Source: Macrostomum lignano (lineage: Eukaryota). From it: a stretch of DNA of 64,000 nucleotides. The position numbers and the translations under genes were made by a program. The stretch is from NCBI GenBank assembly GCA_002269645.1, contig NIVC01002241.1:124001-188000 (forward strand), written 5' to 3'. The notes below the pieces were generated by a model. The model saw only the letters and a list, made by a program, of their open reading frames with translations, did not search any database and was not told the origin of the DNA. Position 1 is the stretch's first letter. The number at the start of each line of letters is the position of its first letter. This document shows, piece by piece, positions 1-11,101 of the stretch.

Positions 1-54
1 GTCAATCGAAATCAACGGGCCGCTTCGCCGACTGTATATGTTAAAATTATTATA

Positions 55-1808
55 CGAGGGATGTTCCATAAGTACTTATACTTTTGCATGCTGCTCAGGA
101 ACTACGCAACCAATCATTGTAAGTTTTATGTCGCTGGAAAGCGGCTTTACTCATCTTTAATCTGTCGCCAAAATCATTTCGTTCTGTCAACTATGTCAAA
201 AGTTACAACAAATAACGTAGTCAAAGGTCACCCATAGACTTACAAGAAATTTAAAGAGCAACAACTACAATGGCAAGCATGAAAACAGAGGCGCGTTGTT
301 GATGACAGAAAGTTTGACTTCTTTGTCACTCATCCTCAGTCGGTACCGACACCTTCTCAACGTAGTTTCCACCGGAGTTGATGCACTTGGTCCACCTGTT
401 AAACATGCTTTTGATGGCTTCTGCGTACAGCTGTCGGGGGATGACATACAGCAGAATTCTGCGGACTTCCTCCTCGATCTGGTTCCTGGTCTCGTACACG
501 CGTCCTTTCAGATGGCGCTTCAACTCTGGAAATAAAGCAAAGTCTGCTGGTGCCAGGTCTGGAGAGTAAGGAGGGTGAGGTAGAAGATGGAGCTTCAGCT
601 TGCTGATTGCCTCGACTGTCTTTTGTGCTGTATGAGGCCTTGCATTGTCATGATGAAGAATGAAAGGTCTGGGATTTTCACGACGCTTGTTCTGGATGTC
701 ATGATGCAGCTTTGTTAGCGTTTCAACGTAGCGCTCAGAGTTTATTGTAGTGTTTGGCTCCAAAAACTCGACAGTTAGAGGACCATTGCAGTCGAAAAAC
801 AGAGACAGCATGATCTTCTTTCCATGTGCGTCCCTTTGAGCTTTTACCGGAGGATCAGAGCCCTTCAGCATCCAGACCTGGGAATCACGTTTCGTTGGTG
901 GATCAAAATGGGGAATCCAGGTTTCATCTCCAGTGACTATCATTCGATGGAAGAGATCCCAACCACCGTATTCTTCCATCATCCGAATATTGGCCTGACA
1001 AATCTGCTGCCTCTGCAGTCTCAAGTCCGAGGTGAGTAGGCGTGGCACCCAACGAGCAGTCAGCTTGACAAAGTCCATGCGCGACAAGCAGCGATGCACA
1101 GTTGTGCTCGGCGTGTCCAGTCTATCTGCAATCTGTCGAATCGTTAGCCGACAATCTTCGTCCAGCAGATCAAGAATTCGATCGGTGAGAGCATCAGAGC
1201 CTGATGTGCAGGGGCGGCCCGACCTCGGCAAATCAGCAACATTGGTCCTTCCTGCTTCGAACTGCTCAACCCAGTTGTAGACGGTCATCCTGCTCACCGC
1301 ATTAGCTCCATGAATGTTGCATAAATCCGCATAAATCTCTGATCGCTTTTTTCCGAGTTTCCAGAGGGTAAAAATTGCAGCGCGCTGTCCTTCCCTTGAG
1401 TTCACATCCATGGTGATGCAGCAGCAGCCAAGGTGGTGAAACTTTACAAGATTAAGATGCTGTGATCTTAAGATTAAGATGCTGTGAAAGCTTAGGCCAG
1501 TATTTTCCATAGACGAAAAGGGTGTGGCATTCGCTTATGAAGCAAAAAAGAATGCATTATGTAGAATCCAAAATAACTCTGCGTGCTGAACTTTGAAGTT
1601 TTGATTTTGAAAATTTCTTGTAAGTCTATGGGTGACCTTTGACTACGTTTTTTGTTGTAACTTTTGACATAGTTGACAGAACGAAATGATTTTGGCGACA
1701 GATTAAAGATGAGTAAAGCCGCTTTCCAGCGACATAAAACTTACAATGATTGGTTGCGTAGTTCCTGAGCAGCATGCAAAAGTATAAGTACTTATGGAAC
1801 ATCCCTCG
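55..1808 (-). mobile_element. Full-length mariner (DD34D) DNA transposon with 198-bp terminal inverted repeats
   Basis: TIRs at 55-252 and 1611-1808 compared base by base: 197/198 identical, starting CGAGGGATG. TA is present at 53-54, but the right flank is GC rather than TA. The TIRs enclose an intact transposase ORF. Confidence 0.95.
326..1411 (-). CDS. Mariner transposase, intact, about 361 aa from MDVNSRE (ORF track extends upstream to 1510)
   Basis: Motifs WVPRLL, IVTGDETW, HHDNARPH and YSPDLAPADF. Exactly 34 residues lie between the 2nd and 3rd catalytic Asp. N-terminal HTH-like region; no stops or frameshifts. Confidence 0.92.
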   Translation of the reverse strand: MDVNSREGQRAAIFTLWKLGKKRSEIYADLCNIHGANAVSRMTVYNWVEQFEAGRTNVADLPRSGRPCTSGSDALTDRILDLLDEDCRLTIRQIADRLDTPSTTVHRCLSRMDFVKLTARWVPRLLTSDLRLQRQQICQANIRMMEEYGGWDLFHRMIVTGDETWIPHFDPPTKRDSQVWMLKGSDPPVKAQRDAHGKKIMLSLFFDCNGPLTVEFLEPNTTINSERYVETLTKLHHDIQNKRRENPRPFILHHDNARPHTAQKTVEAISKLKLHLLPHPPYSPDLAPADFALFPELKRHLKGRVYETRNQIEEEVRRILLYVIPRQLYAEAIKSMFNRWTKCINSGGNYVEKVSVPTEDE

Positions 1809-1994
1809 GCTTTATAAGCTAGGTTTATAGCAAACTGTACGTTTTAACCCAATATTCAAGAATAATCCCTTCCCTGACTTCTTGAGGGGTATTACACGTA
1901 CCAAATACACACATTTGATGATGAAACAGCATTTTTAAGTTGTAAAAATTATGGTTTCTACTGAATGAAGTGATTCATTTTGTTCAATAAAGTC

Positions 1995-2425
1995 AGCATT
2001 TTAACGTTAAAAAGAGTTAAAACTGTAAAAATTGACCTTTTTAAAACGAAAATGTGCAATTTCTAGTAATTTAGCTTTCAATGAAAATGCCTTGGGTGGA
2101 ATTCCAACTTGGGGCGGGGTGTGCATATGGAGATCAGTGTGTGACTCATTCCTGCTCGAAAGCTGTCTCTTGCCAACTTTGAAATCAGCATTTGGACAAA
2201 TTAGCGGTTGAAATTATGGTTTTTGGGATGAAACTACTAAGTTTGATCAATTCGCATTTAGCATTTTAACGTTAGAAAATAATAAAACTGTGAAAATTGG
2301 CCTTTATTAAACGAAAGAATGAGAAATTCTAAGAATTAGCTTTAAAAAAAATCATGGTTTTAGTGGAAATTGGACTGGCTCGGGTAATCCGTGTGCGATT
2401 ATAATTCCTGCTCAAAGCTGTCTCA
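1995..2425. repeat. Diverged direct duplication, period about 265 bp
   Basis: AGCATTTTAACGTTA at 1995 and 2260, both followed by colinear similarity ending in ATTCCTGCTC(G/A)AAAGCTGTCTC. Confidence 0.55.
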
Positions 2426-2518
2426 GAGTTCCAGAAGTAGCATTTGTGATAATTTTGTGTTAAAATTGTGAAGGCCTGAAGGCCACCTGGTGGGGTGGGT
2501 TTTGGGGTTTTGAGCTCA

Positions 2519-2651
2519 GCCAATCAGAGACGACCTGACTGCCCCCGGTCGTCCAATCAGAAAATTTGGCGCATTTTAACAAAAGCTCTCAGCCAATCAG
2601 AAAATTCGGCGCGCGTTATAACAAATCGGCCGCATGAGAGCTATAAAAAGG
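2519..2651 (+). promoter_or_regulatory. Cluster of three CCAATCAG boxes followed by TATAAAAAGG (core-promoter-like, possibly LTR U3)
   Basis: CCAATCAG near 2520, 2553 and 2593; TATAAAA at 2642. No ORF follows, and function is untested. Confidence 0.35.
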
Positions 2652-3957
2652 CGGCAATTCGACCCGCGCTCGAAAGAACTCGGGGCCTGATACTGCCTTC
2701 AGGCTCTTCTCCCTTCGGGTCCTGCCGACCTGATCCCACTTCCCCCGGCAGTTTCGGCTTCAACAGCTAAGTTCCCCCTGAGAAGCATTATCAATATCTC
2801 CCGGCAGTGATCTAAGAGCAGCAACGACAACCGGAAAGTGAAGAGTACCGGCGGCACTCGTCAGCTAAGATCAGCAGCAGCATCCCATCCGAGCGCTTCG
2901 GTCTCTGCGGATCCCTTGGCTACCGGCAGTTAGGTCCTCTGATTGGTTTGGTGAAAGGCTTTCTTGACCTGCTTAACTGGGTGCGCCCTTTGTCTGACCC
3001 CTTCCTAGGTAGTCTGATAGGATTTGCACTTTTGCTTACTTTCTTTTTGTGTGCCAAACTCGAGGCAGAAGTGTCAGTTAATACTAAAAGTAGCTATTTG
3101 CTCTGACTCAATGTAAGGCGTTTAGGATTGCGGATTAAGTAAGAAAGTTAAATCTGGAAGTTAGACTTAGCGTTTTCTTTCTTTTTCGCAATGCCAGCTG
3201 AGATGAGTGGCTAGATCTAGGAGCAGAGGTCACAGTGGACCGGAACCGGCACAGTCCCCAGTCAATCAGTCGATCTCGGAAATCATGATAAGCATGCAAC
3301 CTAAGTGCCAGACTTGTGCTTTCGCGCAGTCTCAGGCAGCTAAGCGGCTGAAACGAGTTAAATGTTAGTCTAGAGATCTCCAAAGGCGGCAATACACCTA
3401 CATCATCGCTATCTGTCGACGCGTTAACACATTTAGTGCCAAAAGTGTGCAGTTACATGTACTTGTACATGTACTTATGGGAATTGGTAATGAAGTAGTA
3501 CATTTAGTATAGTGTATGAAGGCTCGCCAGCGCAAGAACATCCTGCAAAAGTCCTCTCTGTCCCTGCATGGCCAATGTGATCTTAGTCCCAGCAGCGTCC
3601 CTTCTATTCGGCTATGACTTCGAGATTGACAGCTAAAAGACACTAGGTGGCAGGTAAGTGCAATGCCCCTCTAGTCGGAAGTCCGATTTCGATAGCTCCG
3701 GTTTGGTGAGCTGGGGCGCACGGACTGGTGGCAGCGGGTTAGTTAATCTGCGGATTAGCTAATCTCTACCTTTCAAATTCTCCCTGCTTGTCTCTCGCTG
3801 TCTTCTCCTAGCTATAGGACCTTGCTGCTCGCCCACAATCTTGCTACCACGGGGCTGACCATCTGACAGGAGTGAGAGGCCGGAGCTTTAAGTGATTAAT
3901 TTCTGAGTTCCGAGGCCCGAAGCTACAGCCTACAGGCTTAAAAAGGCCGAAACCCAT

Positions 3958-4283
3958 CATATTATTTTAGGACGAAATACAATTTGTCCTAACGGGCAGA
4001 TGTGAAACCGACAGCTCAGCCGCATTTACATGTACGCTCGTATATTACGCGGCGTATCTGAAGGCTGCTGTTCAGTCGAGGGACTTGGGGGTCGCCACAC
4101 ACACCCTCAATTACCCCAGCTAATGCTGGCACCAATTTTACAGCTGGGTGAACTGAAGCAATGCAGATCGTCGTCTTGCTGAAGGACACAAATTGATCTA
4201 CTAGTTGAATCTCGGGATTGGGAATCAAACCCTCGACCTTCACGTTGTGAGTCAGACGCTCTAACCACTAGGCTACAACCCCC
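3958..4283 (-). mobile_element. tRNA-derived SINE-like element
   Basis: On the minus strand: head GGGGGTTGTAGCCTAGTGG (A box) ... GGTTTGATTCC (B box, one mismatch) at 4211-4283. Body TGTGTCCTTCAGCAAGAC...TTCACCCAGCTGTAAAATTGGTGCC resembles central domains of widespread metazoan SINEs. 3' hairpin TAGGAC...GTCCTA (3968-3991) and short AAT tail. Confidence 0.6.
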
Positions 4284-4868
4284 TTTAGTACACGAACATG
4301 CACTACAAAGACAGTTACAACAAAGGGTACGTACATGTGTAATAACAAGTTTAAGGATTTTGGGGTTAGGGATCAGGAGCTTAGAATGACTGAATTGTTT
4401 GACGCTTACCCTGGATCACAACATTTCAAGGGGTAAAGTTATAAGCATTCGCAAATTTTTTTCCAATTTCTAAAGGTTTCGACGAATACATGTATTATTA
4501 GTTATTTCAGCTGCCATAATTTTTATATTCGGACGTGCAGCTCTTTCGGAGAAAGATATACACTGATAATTGAGCGAAAATCGAGATTAGATTAAAAAGA
4601 ACCATAAAGACTAAACACGCCGATACGGATAAGAATAGCGTTGGAAATAGACCATAAGTCACAGAGCCGAGTAGAGAGCTGCAGCTCTCGTGCCAGGCAT
4701 TGGAGCAGTTAACAAAGATAAGCCCTCCATAGCATTTCCAACCTCTCTGCATTGCCCCTCCTCGACGCCTGTGCATAAAAGTGTAGGCGAAGCCTCGCTC
4801 TAAATCTTTAAAAAATAGAATTCTCAAACTTCTTTGAGCCAACAAGCAATAGCCGAGAAAGCCGTGCC

Positions 4869-5423
4869 ATGACCCGGCGCATTCTTATCGCTGTGGACGG
4901 CAGCGACCACAGCCATCGGGCCGTGGCCTTTTACGCCGACAACATGAACAAGTCGTCCGATGTTCTCATCTTCACGTACGCCATCGAGCCGCCGGCGCTG
5001 CCGCGGGGCACCGGCGCCAGCCTGATGGCCAACTCCGAAGTGTACGCCAACATGATGAAGGACGCAATGAAAGCCGGCAGCCAGATTGGCAAAGCGGTGC
5101 GGGAGCGCTGCCGCCAGCTGGGCGTCAGTAACGAGACCAAATTCGTGGAACGAGTGACCAACAATCCCGGCCAGTCAATTGTCGAGGTGGCCAAAGAGGA
5201 GAACGTCAGCATCATCATCATGGGCAACCGCGGAATGGGCACTCTGCGCCGTACATTCCTTGGCAGCGTGTCCGACTACGTGCTGCACCACGCCCACCGG
5301 CCCGTGCTGATCATTCCGCCAGAGAAGCCGGCCAGCAGGAAGTCCTCTGTGGACAATCGCAAGTCGTCTGCTGACGCTCGCAAGGCTTCGACAGACAAGA
5401 AGCCGACCGGGGCCGGGGTCTGA
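4869..5423 (+). CDS. Universal stress protein A (UspA-like), intronless, 184 aa
   Basis: N-terminal RRILIAVDGS; ATP-binding signature G-2x-G-9x-GS (GNRGMGTLRRTFLGSVS); C-terminal VLHHAHRPVLIIPP. Confidence 0.92.
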   Translation: MTRRILIAVDGSDHSHRAVAFYADNMNKSSDVLIFTYAIEPPALPRGTGASLMANSEVYANMMKDAMKAGSQIGKAVRERCRQLGVSNETKFVERVTNNPGQSIVEVAKEENVSIIIMGNRGMGTLRRTFLGSVSDYVLHHAHRPVLIIPPEKPASRKSSVDNRKSSADARKASTDKKPTGAGV

Positions 5424-6434
5424 TGCCATCGTATTAACGGAGTTGCTAACTCCTATTTTAGACACCCACAGACTACTTATAATAAGTAATATTATTAATA
5501 GTTAGAAGAAACGTATCAGACCACATGACAAAGCCGCTACTGCTGGACAAAGCAAACATAATAAGCAATATTGGTTGGTTCTCGCCTCGGTTTTGTCTTC
5601 TTTGTTGTTTTAATTTTTTTATAAATGCAAACTGAAACTGGATCAGAGAAACCCTGAAAACTGGAATGCACAGCCTACGGTGTTTATCAGCGGATAAATG
5701 TGCAATGCTTTCACTGGTTTTTAATCTGCATTGCTTATGCTAGAAACTTGAGCAAGCATGAAAGAAATCTCTATAGCGTTTGATAAACCAAACCGGTTTA
5801 GATAAAATTACACTGCTGGCTAAACTGTAAAGCAGTAAAGCAGAAAAATCTTGGATTGATTTGAAGCAAAACAGAGAGTAAAAAACGCACCAGAACCTTT
5901 TGGGCTAGGAGAAACTCGATTTGTTTTAATCAGATATCTTTTATTTCTTTTCAGCTAGACAAAACAATAAGTAAAAGCTTAGTTAGACGAGTCCGCAATC
6001 AAAAGTATATTAAGAGGGCATGTATCGCCCCAGAATCGTTTACAGGTAACACAGATAAAATAGGAGAGAAGTGACTCTAGAAGATTATAAAACGACGAAA
6101 TGTCACGACTTTGGAACCGCAGAGCCGTGTCTGAAACGTGCTAGAGTCGCTGTAGAACCACTGAGTTGCGTCTAAAGCGTCTATAACTCTATTGAGTCTT
6201 TTATAGTTTTTAGTATATTCAAGTATTTAGTAGAAACTTAAGCGCCAACACCAACGAACTTTTGGACGACTCAGGGTCCCGTTGAAGTGATTGTGAAGTC
6301 TCTCACGCGGAAATACATAACTAAATCTATACTGAAACAATGCATTGAAACAATAATAATTCCTATATTACTGACAACCAATTGCAATCCGATTTAAATA
6401 TAGCAGGGAATCTTTACATCTCATTTCAAATATA

Positions 6435-6590
<156 letters not shown>

Positions 6591-6975
6591 CAAGACGCCA
6601 TGGTGCGAGCGGTCTGAATGAATGGACATGAAGCTATGCGAACACAAAGACACAGTCTTACCCCTAGTAATAAAAATGATATGATTTATGCCAATAATCT
6701 ACCGAATGAAAGCCGACCAATTGAAGTTAAATAATACGCTCAATGCAAAACTGTGGCAAAACAGTCTGGGAAGTCAGAAAAGGCCAGGTAACATCCCGAA
6801 TGTTAATTATAACAATATTAGTAGGAGCGCAAGGCCGGCAGTATATCAATACGTTACTAAGGGGATGGTTTTTAGGTAGCTATTAAATAGATTCAACAGA
6901 ACCTAACATGGTAAAAATGAACAGCAGCAACAGACTCGAACTAACCAGGAAATAAAATCTTTGCTTTTCTATTTG

Positions 6976-6989
6976 TTTATTTGTTTATT
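6976..6989 (-). terminator. Two AATAAA polyadenylation signals downstream of the CNBP-like stop codon
   Basis: TTTATT on the plus strand at 6976-6981 and 6984-6989, 12-25 nt after the TGA at 7001-7003. Confidence 0.6.
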
Positions 6990-7000
6990 GTTTTGTTGTC

Positions 7001-7079
7001 TCATTCGCTGACTGGGATGCCCTGCTCAGCGTCCGCCTTGTCTGGGCACTCTTTGGATACATGGCCTGGCTTCTGGCAG
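7001..7079 (-). CDS. CNBP: CNBP-like CCHC zinc-knuckle protein, coding exon 3 (completes knuckle 7, stop)
   Basis: Acceptor ttcactaacAG at 7080. The phase-2 join gives CYNCQKPGHVSKEC, then PDKADAEQGIPVSE*. Confidence 0.9.
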
Positions 7080-7140
7080 CTGTTAGTGAAGATTGACATT
7101 TTGCTTTCGAGTATATGCAAATATGCTGCGAGCTGGGTGA

Positions 7141-8188
7141 CTGAGGTTCTGGGAGGCTGGCCCAGCAACTGGGGATCTGGGAGGCTGGCCCAGCAACTGA
7201 GGATCTGGGAGGCTGGCCCAGCAACTGACACTCTGGGAGGCTGGCCCAGCAACTGGGGATCTGGGAGACTGGCCCAGCAACTGGGGATCTGGGAGGCTGG
7301 CCCAGCAACTGAGGATCTGGGAGGCTGGCCCAGCAACTGACACTCTGGGAGGCTGGCCCAGCAACTGGGGATCTGGGAGACTGGCCCAGCAACTGGGGAT
7401 CTGGGAGGCTGGCCCAGCAACTGAGGATCTGGGAGGCTGGCCCAGCAACTGGGGATCTGGGAGGCTGGCCCAGCAACTGACACTCTGGGAGGCTGGCCCA
7501 GCAACTGTGGATCTGGGAGGCTGGCCCAGCAACTGGGGATCTGGGAGGCTGGCCCAGCAACTGACACTCTGGGAGGCTGGCCCAACAACTGAGGATCTGG
7601 GAGGCTGGCCCAGCAACTGACACTCTGGGAGGCTGGCCCAGCAACTGTGGATCTGGGAGGCTGGCCCAGCAACTGGGGATCTGGGAGGCTGGCCCAGCAA
7701 CTGTGGATCTGGGAGGCTGGCCCAGCAACTGACACTCTGGGAGGCTGGCCCAGCAACTGGGGATCTGGGAGGCTGGCCCAGCAACTGGGGATCTGGGAGG
7801 CTGGCCCAACAACTGAGGATCTGGGAGGCTGGCCCAGCAACTGACACTCTGGGAGGCTGGCCCAGCAACTGACACTCTGGGAGGCTGGCCCAGCAACTGG
7901 CCCAGCAACTCTGGGAGGCTGGCCCAGCAACTGGGGATCTGGGAGGCTGGCCCAGCAACTGTGGATCTGGGAGGCTGGCCCAGCAACTGGGGATCTGGGA
8001 GGCTGGCCCAGCAACTGGGGATCTGGGAGGCTGGACCAGCAACTGACACTCTGGGAGGCTGGCCCAACAACTGAGGATCTGGGAGGCTGGCCCAGCAACT
8101 GGGGATCTGGGAGACTGGCCCAGCAACTGGGGATCTGGGAGACTGGCCCAGCAACTGGGGATCTGGGAGACTGGCCCAGCAACTGGGG
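7141..8188. repeat. 28-bp minisatellite, about 37 copies, filling CNBP intron 2
   Basis: Unit CTGGGAGGCTGGCCCAGCAACTGGGGAT with variant ends CTGAGGAT, CTGACACT and CTGTGGAT. Confidence 0.97.
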
Positions 8189-8216
8189 AGCTCCAAGCGC
8201 ACAGGGCTACACTTAC

Positions 8217-8354
8217 TTATAGCAGATTGGCTGTCCAGTTTTAGCCTGCGTGCACTCGCGGCTCAGATGGCCGACTTGGCCGCAGTTGTAGCAAGACCGA
8301 TCCTCCGCTGCGCTATTCGGGCAATCTTTGGCCAGGTGAGTTTTGTCTCCGCAT
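8217..8354 (-). CDS. CNBP: CNBP-like coding exon 2 (138 nt, phase 2-2; absent from the ORF track)
   Basis: Acceptor gaaacAG at 8355 and donor GTAAGT at 8216. Encodes (R)CGDKTHLAKDCPNSAAEDRSCYNCGQVGHLSRECTQAKTGQPICY(N). Confidence 0.92.
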
Positions 8355-8647
8355 CTGTTTCAGGCAAATTGGGCATAAGAATGGATGACAAAATCCTAAT
8401 AGTGCTACTCAAGACAGTAAGCGATTGAAATAATCTGTTTTCTTGTAGCCTACTAGACTAGCTCTCGTTTGCTTGTAAACTCAATTATAGGCTTGCAGAG
8501 CAAATAACTAAAGAGCTGATGGATTTTATAGCACATTCCCTGTTGATGCAGTCGTATTGGCGACAAAAAAGTATGGCCACGAATCCTTAAATAATCAGGA
8601 TTAATTAAGTCTCAGTGGAGGACGGTTGATACATGATCGGTAGAATA

Positions 8648-11101
8648 GGGAGGCAGAGAAGGGGAGGCAGATAAAGGGAAGGCAGAGAAAGGGAGGCAGA
8701 GAAAGAGGCAGAGAAAGGGAGGCAGAGAAAGGGAGGCAGAGAAAGGGAGGCAGAGAAAGAGGCAGAGAAAGAGGCAGAGAAAGGGAGGCAGAGAAAGGGA
8801 GGCAGAGAAAGGGAGGCAGAGAAAGAGAGGCAGAGAAAGGGAGGCAGAGAAGGGGAGGCAGAGAAAGAGGCAGAGAAAGAGGCAGAGAAAGGGAGGCAGA
8901 GAAAGGGAGGCAGAGAAAGAGGCAGAGAAAGGGAGGCAGAGAAAGAGGCAGAGAAAGGGAGGCAGAGAAAGGGAGGCAGAGAAAGAGGCAGAGAAAGGGA
9001 GGCAGAGAAAGGGAGGCAGAGAAAGGGAGGCAGAGAAGGGGAGGCAGAGAAAGGGAGGCAGAGAAGGGGAGGCAGAGAAAGGGAGGCAGAGAAGGGGAGG
9101 CAGAGAAAGAGGCAGAGAAAGGGAGGCAGAGAAAGGGAGGCAGAGAAAGAGGCAGAGAAAGAGGCAGAGAAAGGGAGGCAGAGAAAGGGAGGCAGAGAAA
9201 GAGGCAGAGAAAGAGGCAGAGAAAGGGAGGCAGAGAAAGAGGCAGAGAAAGGGAGGCAGAGAAAGGGAGGCAGAGAAAGGGAGGCAGAGAAAGGGAGGCA
9301 GAGAAAGGGAGGCAGAGAAAGGGGAGGCAGAGAAAGGGAGGCAGAGAATGAGACAGAGAAAGAGAGGCAGAGAAAGAGGCAGAGAAAGGGAGGCAGAGAA
9401 AGGGAGGCAGAGAAAGGGGAGGCAGAGAAAGGGAGGCAGAGAACGAGGCAGAGAAAGGGAGGCAGAGAAAGAGGCAGAGAAAGGGAGGCAGAGAAAGGGA
9501 GGCAGAGAAAGGGAGGCAGAGAAAGAGAGGCAGAGAAAGGGAGGCAGAGAAAGAGGCAGAGAAAGGGACAGAGAAAGGGAGGCAGAGAAAGAGGCAGAGA
9601 AAGGGAGGCAGAGAAAGAGAGGCAGAGAAAGAGAGGCAGAGAAAGGGAGGCAGAGAAAGGGAGGCAGAGAAAGGGAGGCAGAGAAGCAGAGAAAGAGAGG
9701 CAGAGAAAGGGAGGCAGAGAAAGAGAGGCAGAGAAAGGGAGGCAGAGAAGGGGAGGCAGAGAAAGAGGCAGAGAAAGGGAGGCAGAGAAAGGGAGGCAGA
9801 GAAAGAGGCAGAGAAAGAGGCAGAGAAAGGGAGGCAGAGAAAGGGAGGCAGAGAAAGAGGCAGAGAAAGAGGCAGAGAAAGGGAGGCAGAGAAAGAGGCA
9901 GAGAAAGGGAGGCAGAGAAAGGGAGGCAGAGAAAGGGAGGCAGAGAAAGGGAGGCAGAGAAAGGGAGGCAGAGAAAGGGGAGGCAGAGAAAGGGAGGCAG
10001 AGAATGAGACAGAGAAAGAGAGGCAGAGAAAGAGGCAGAGAAAGGGAGGCAGAGAAAGGGAGGCAGAGAAAGGGGAGGCAGAGAAAGGGAGGCAGAGAAA
10101 GAGGCAGAGAAAGAGGCAGAGAAAGGGAGGCAGAGAAAGAGAGGCAGAGAAAGAGAGGCAGAGGAAGGGAGGCAGAGGAAGGGAGGCAGAGAAGGGGAGG
10201 CAGATAAATGGAGGCAGAGAAAGGGAGGCAGAGAAAGGGAGGCAGAGAAGCAGAGAAAGAGAGGCAGAGAAAGGGAGGCAGAGAAAGAGAGGCAGAGAAA
10301 GGGAGGCAGAGAAAGAGGCAGAGAAAGGGGAGGCAGAGAAAGGGAGGCAGAGAAAGAGGCAGAGAAAGGGAGGCAGAGAAAGAGGCAGAGAAAGGGAGAC
10401 AGAGAAAGGGAGGCAGAGGAAGGGAGGCAGAGAAAGAGGCAGAGAAAGGGGAGGCAGAGAAAGGGAGGCAGAGAAAGAGGCAGAGAAAGGGAGGCAGAGA
10501 AAGAGGCAGAGAAAGAGGCATAGAAAGGGAGGCAGAGAAAGAGAGGCAGAGAAAGAGAGGCAGAGAAAGGGAGGCAGAGGAAGGGAGGCAGAGAAAGGGG
10601 AGGCAGAAAAAGGGAGGCAGAGAAAGAGGCAGAGAAAGGGAGGCAGAGAAAGAGGCAGAGAAAGAGAGGCAGAGAAAGAGAGGCAGAGAAAGGGGAGGCA
10701 GAGGAAGGGAGGCAGAGAAGGGGAGGCAGAGAAAGGGAGGCAGAGAAAGGGAGGCAGAGAAAGGGAGGCAGAGAAAGGGAGGCAGAGAAAGGGAGGCAGA
10801 GAAAGAGAGGCAGAGAAAGGGAGGCAGAGAAAGAGAGGCAGAGAAAGGGAGGCAGAGAAAGAGGCAGAGGAAGGGAGGCAGAGAAAGGGAGGCAGAGAAA
10901 GGGAGGCAGAGAAAGGGAGGCAGAGAAAGAGGCAGAGAAAGGGAAGCAGAGAAAGAGGCAGAGAAAGGGAGGCAGAGAAAGGGAGGCAGAGAAAGGGAGG
11001 CAGAGAAAGGGAGGCAGAGAAAGGGAGGCAGAGAAAGGGAGGCAGAGAAAGGGAGGCAGAGAAAGAGGCAGAGAAAGGGAGGCAGAGAAAGAGGCAGAGA
11101 A
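8648..11101. repeat. Purine-rich 12-15-bp tandem repeat (GAGGCAGAGAAAG[G][G]), about 2.45 kb, filling CNBP intron 1
   Basis: Continuous array with length-variant units; source of the spurious 858-1008-aa ORFs. Confidence 0.98.

Noticed and set aside
1448-1487. 18-bp direct repeat around a 10-bp palindrome upstream of the mariner ATG
   Set aside because: Consistent with a local slippage duplication; no evidence of function from a single copy.
4211-4283. Functional tRNA-Val(CAC) gene
   Set aside because: The anticodon stem does not pair, the B box is mutated and the sequence runs into a SINE-like body.
4869-5423. USP as bacterial contamination or recent horizontal transfer
   Set aside because: USP genes are known in several animal phyla, GC-rich codon style matches neighbouring host exons, and the flanks are eukaryotic repeats. 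Being intronless is not sufficient evidence.
6985-8202. 347-405-aa minus-strand ORFs and plus-strand GGWPSNW ORFs
   Set aside because: Translations of the 28-bp intronic minisatellite, whose unit lacks stops on that strand. Only the last 26 codons of the 7001 ORF are real exon.
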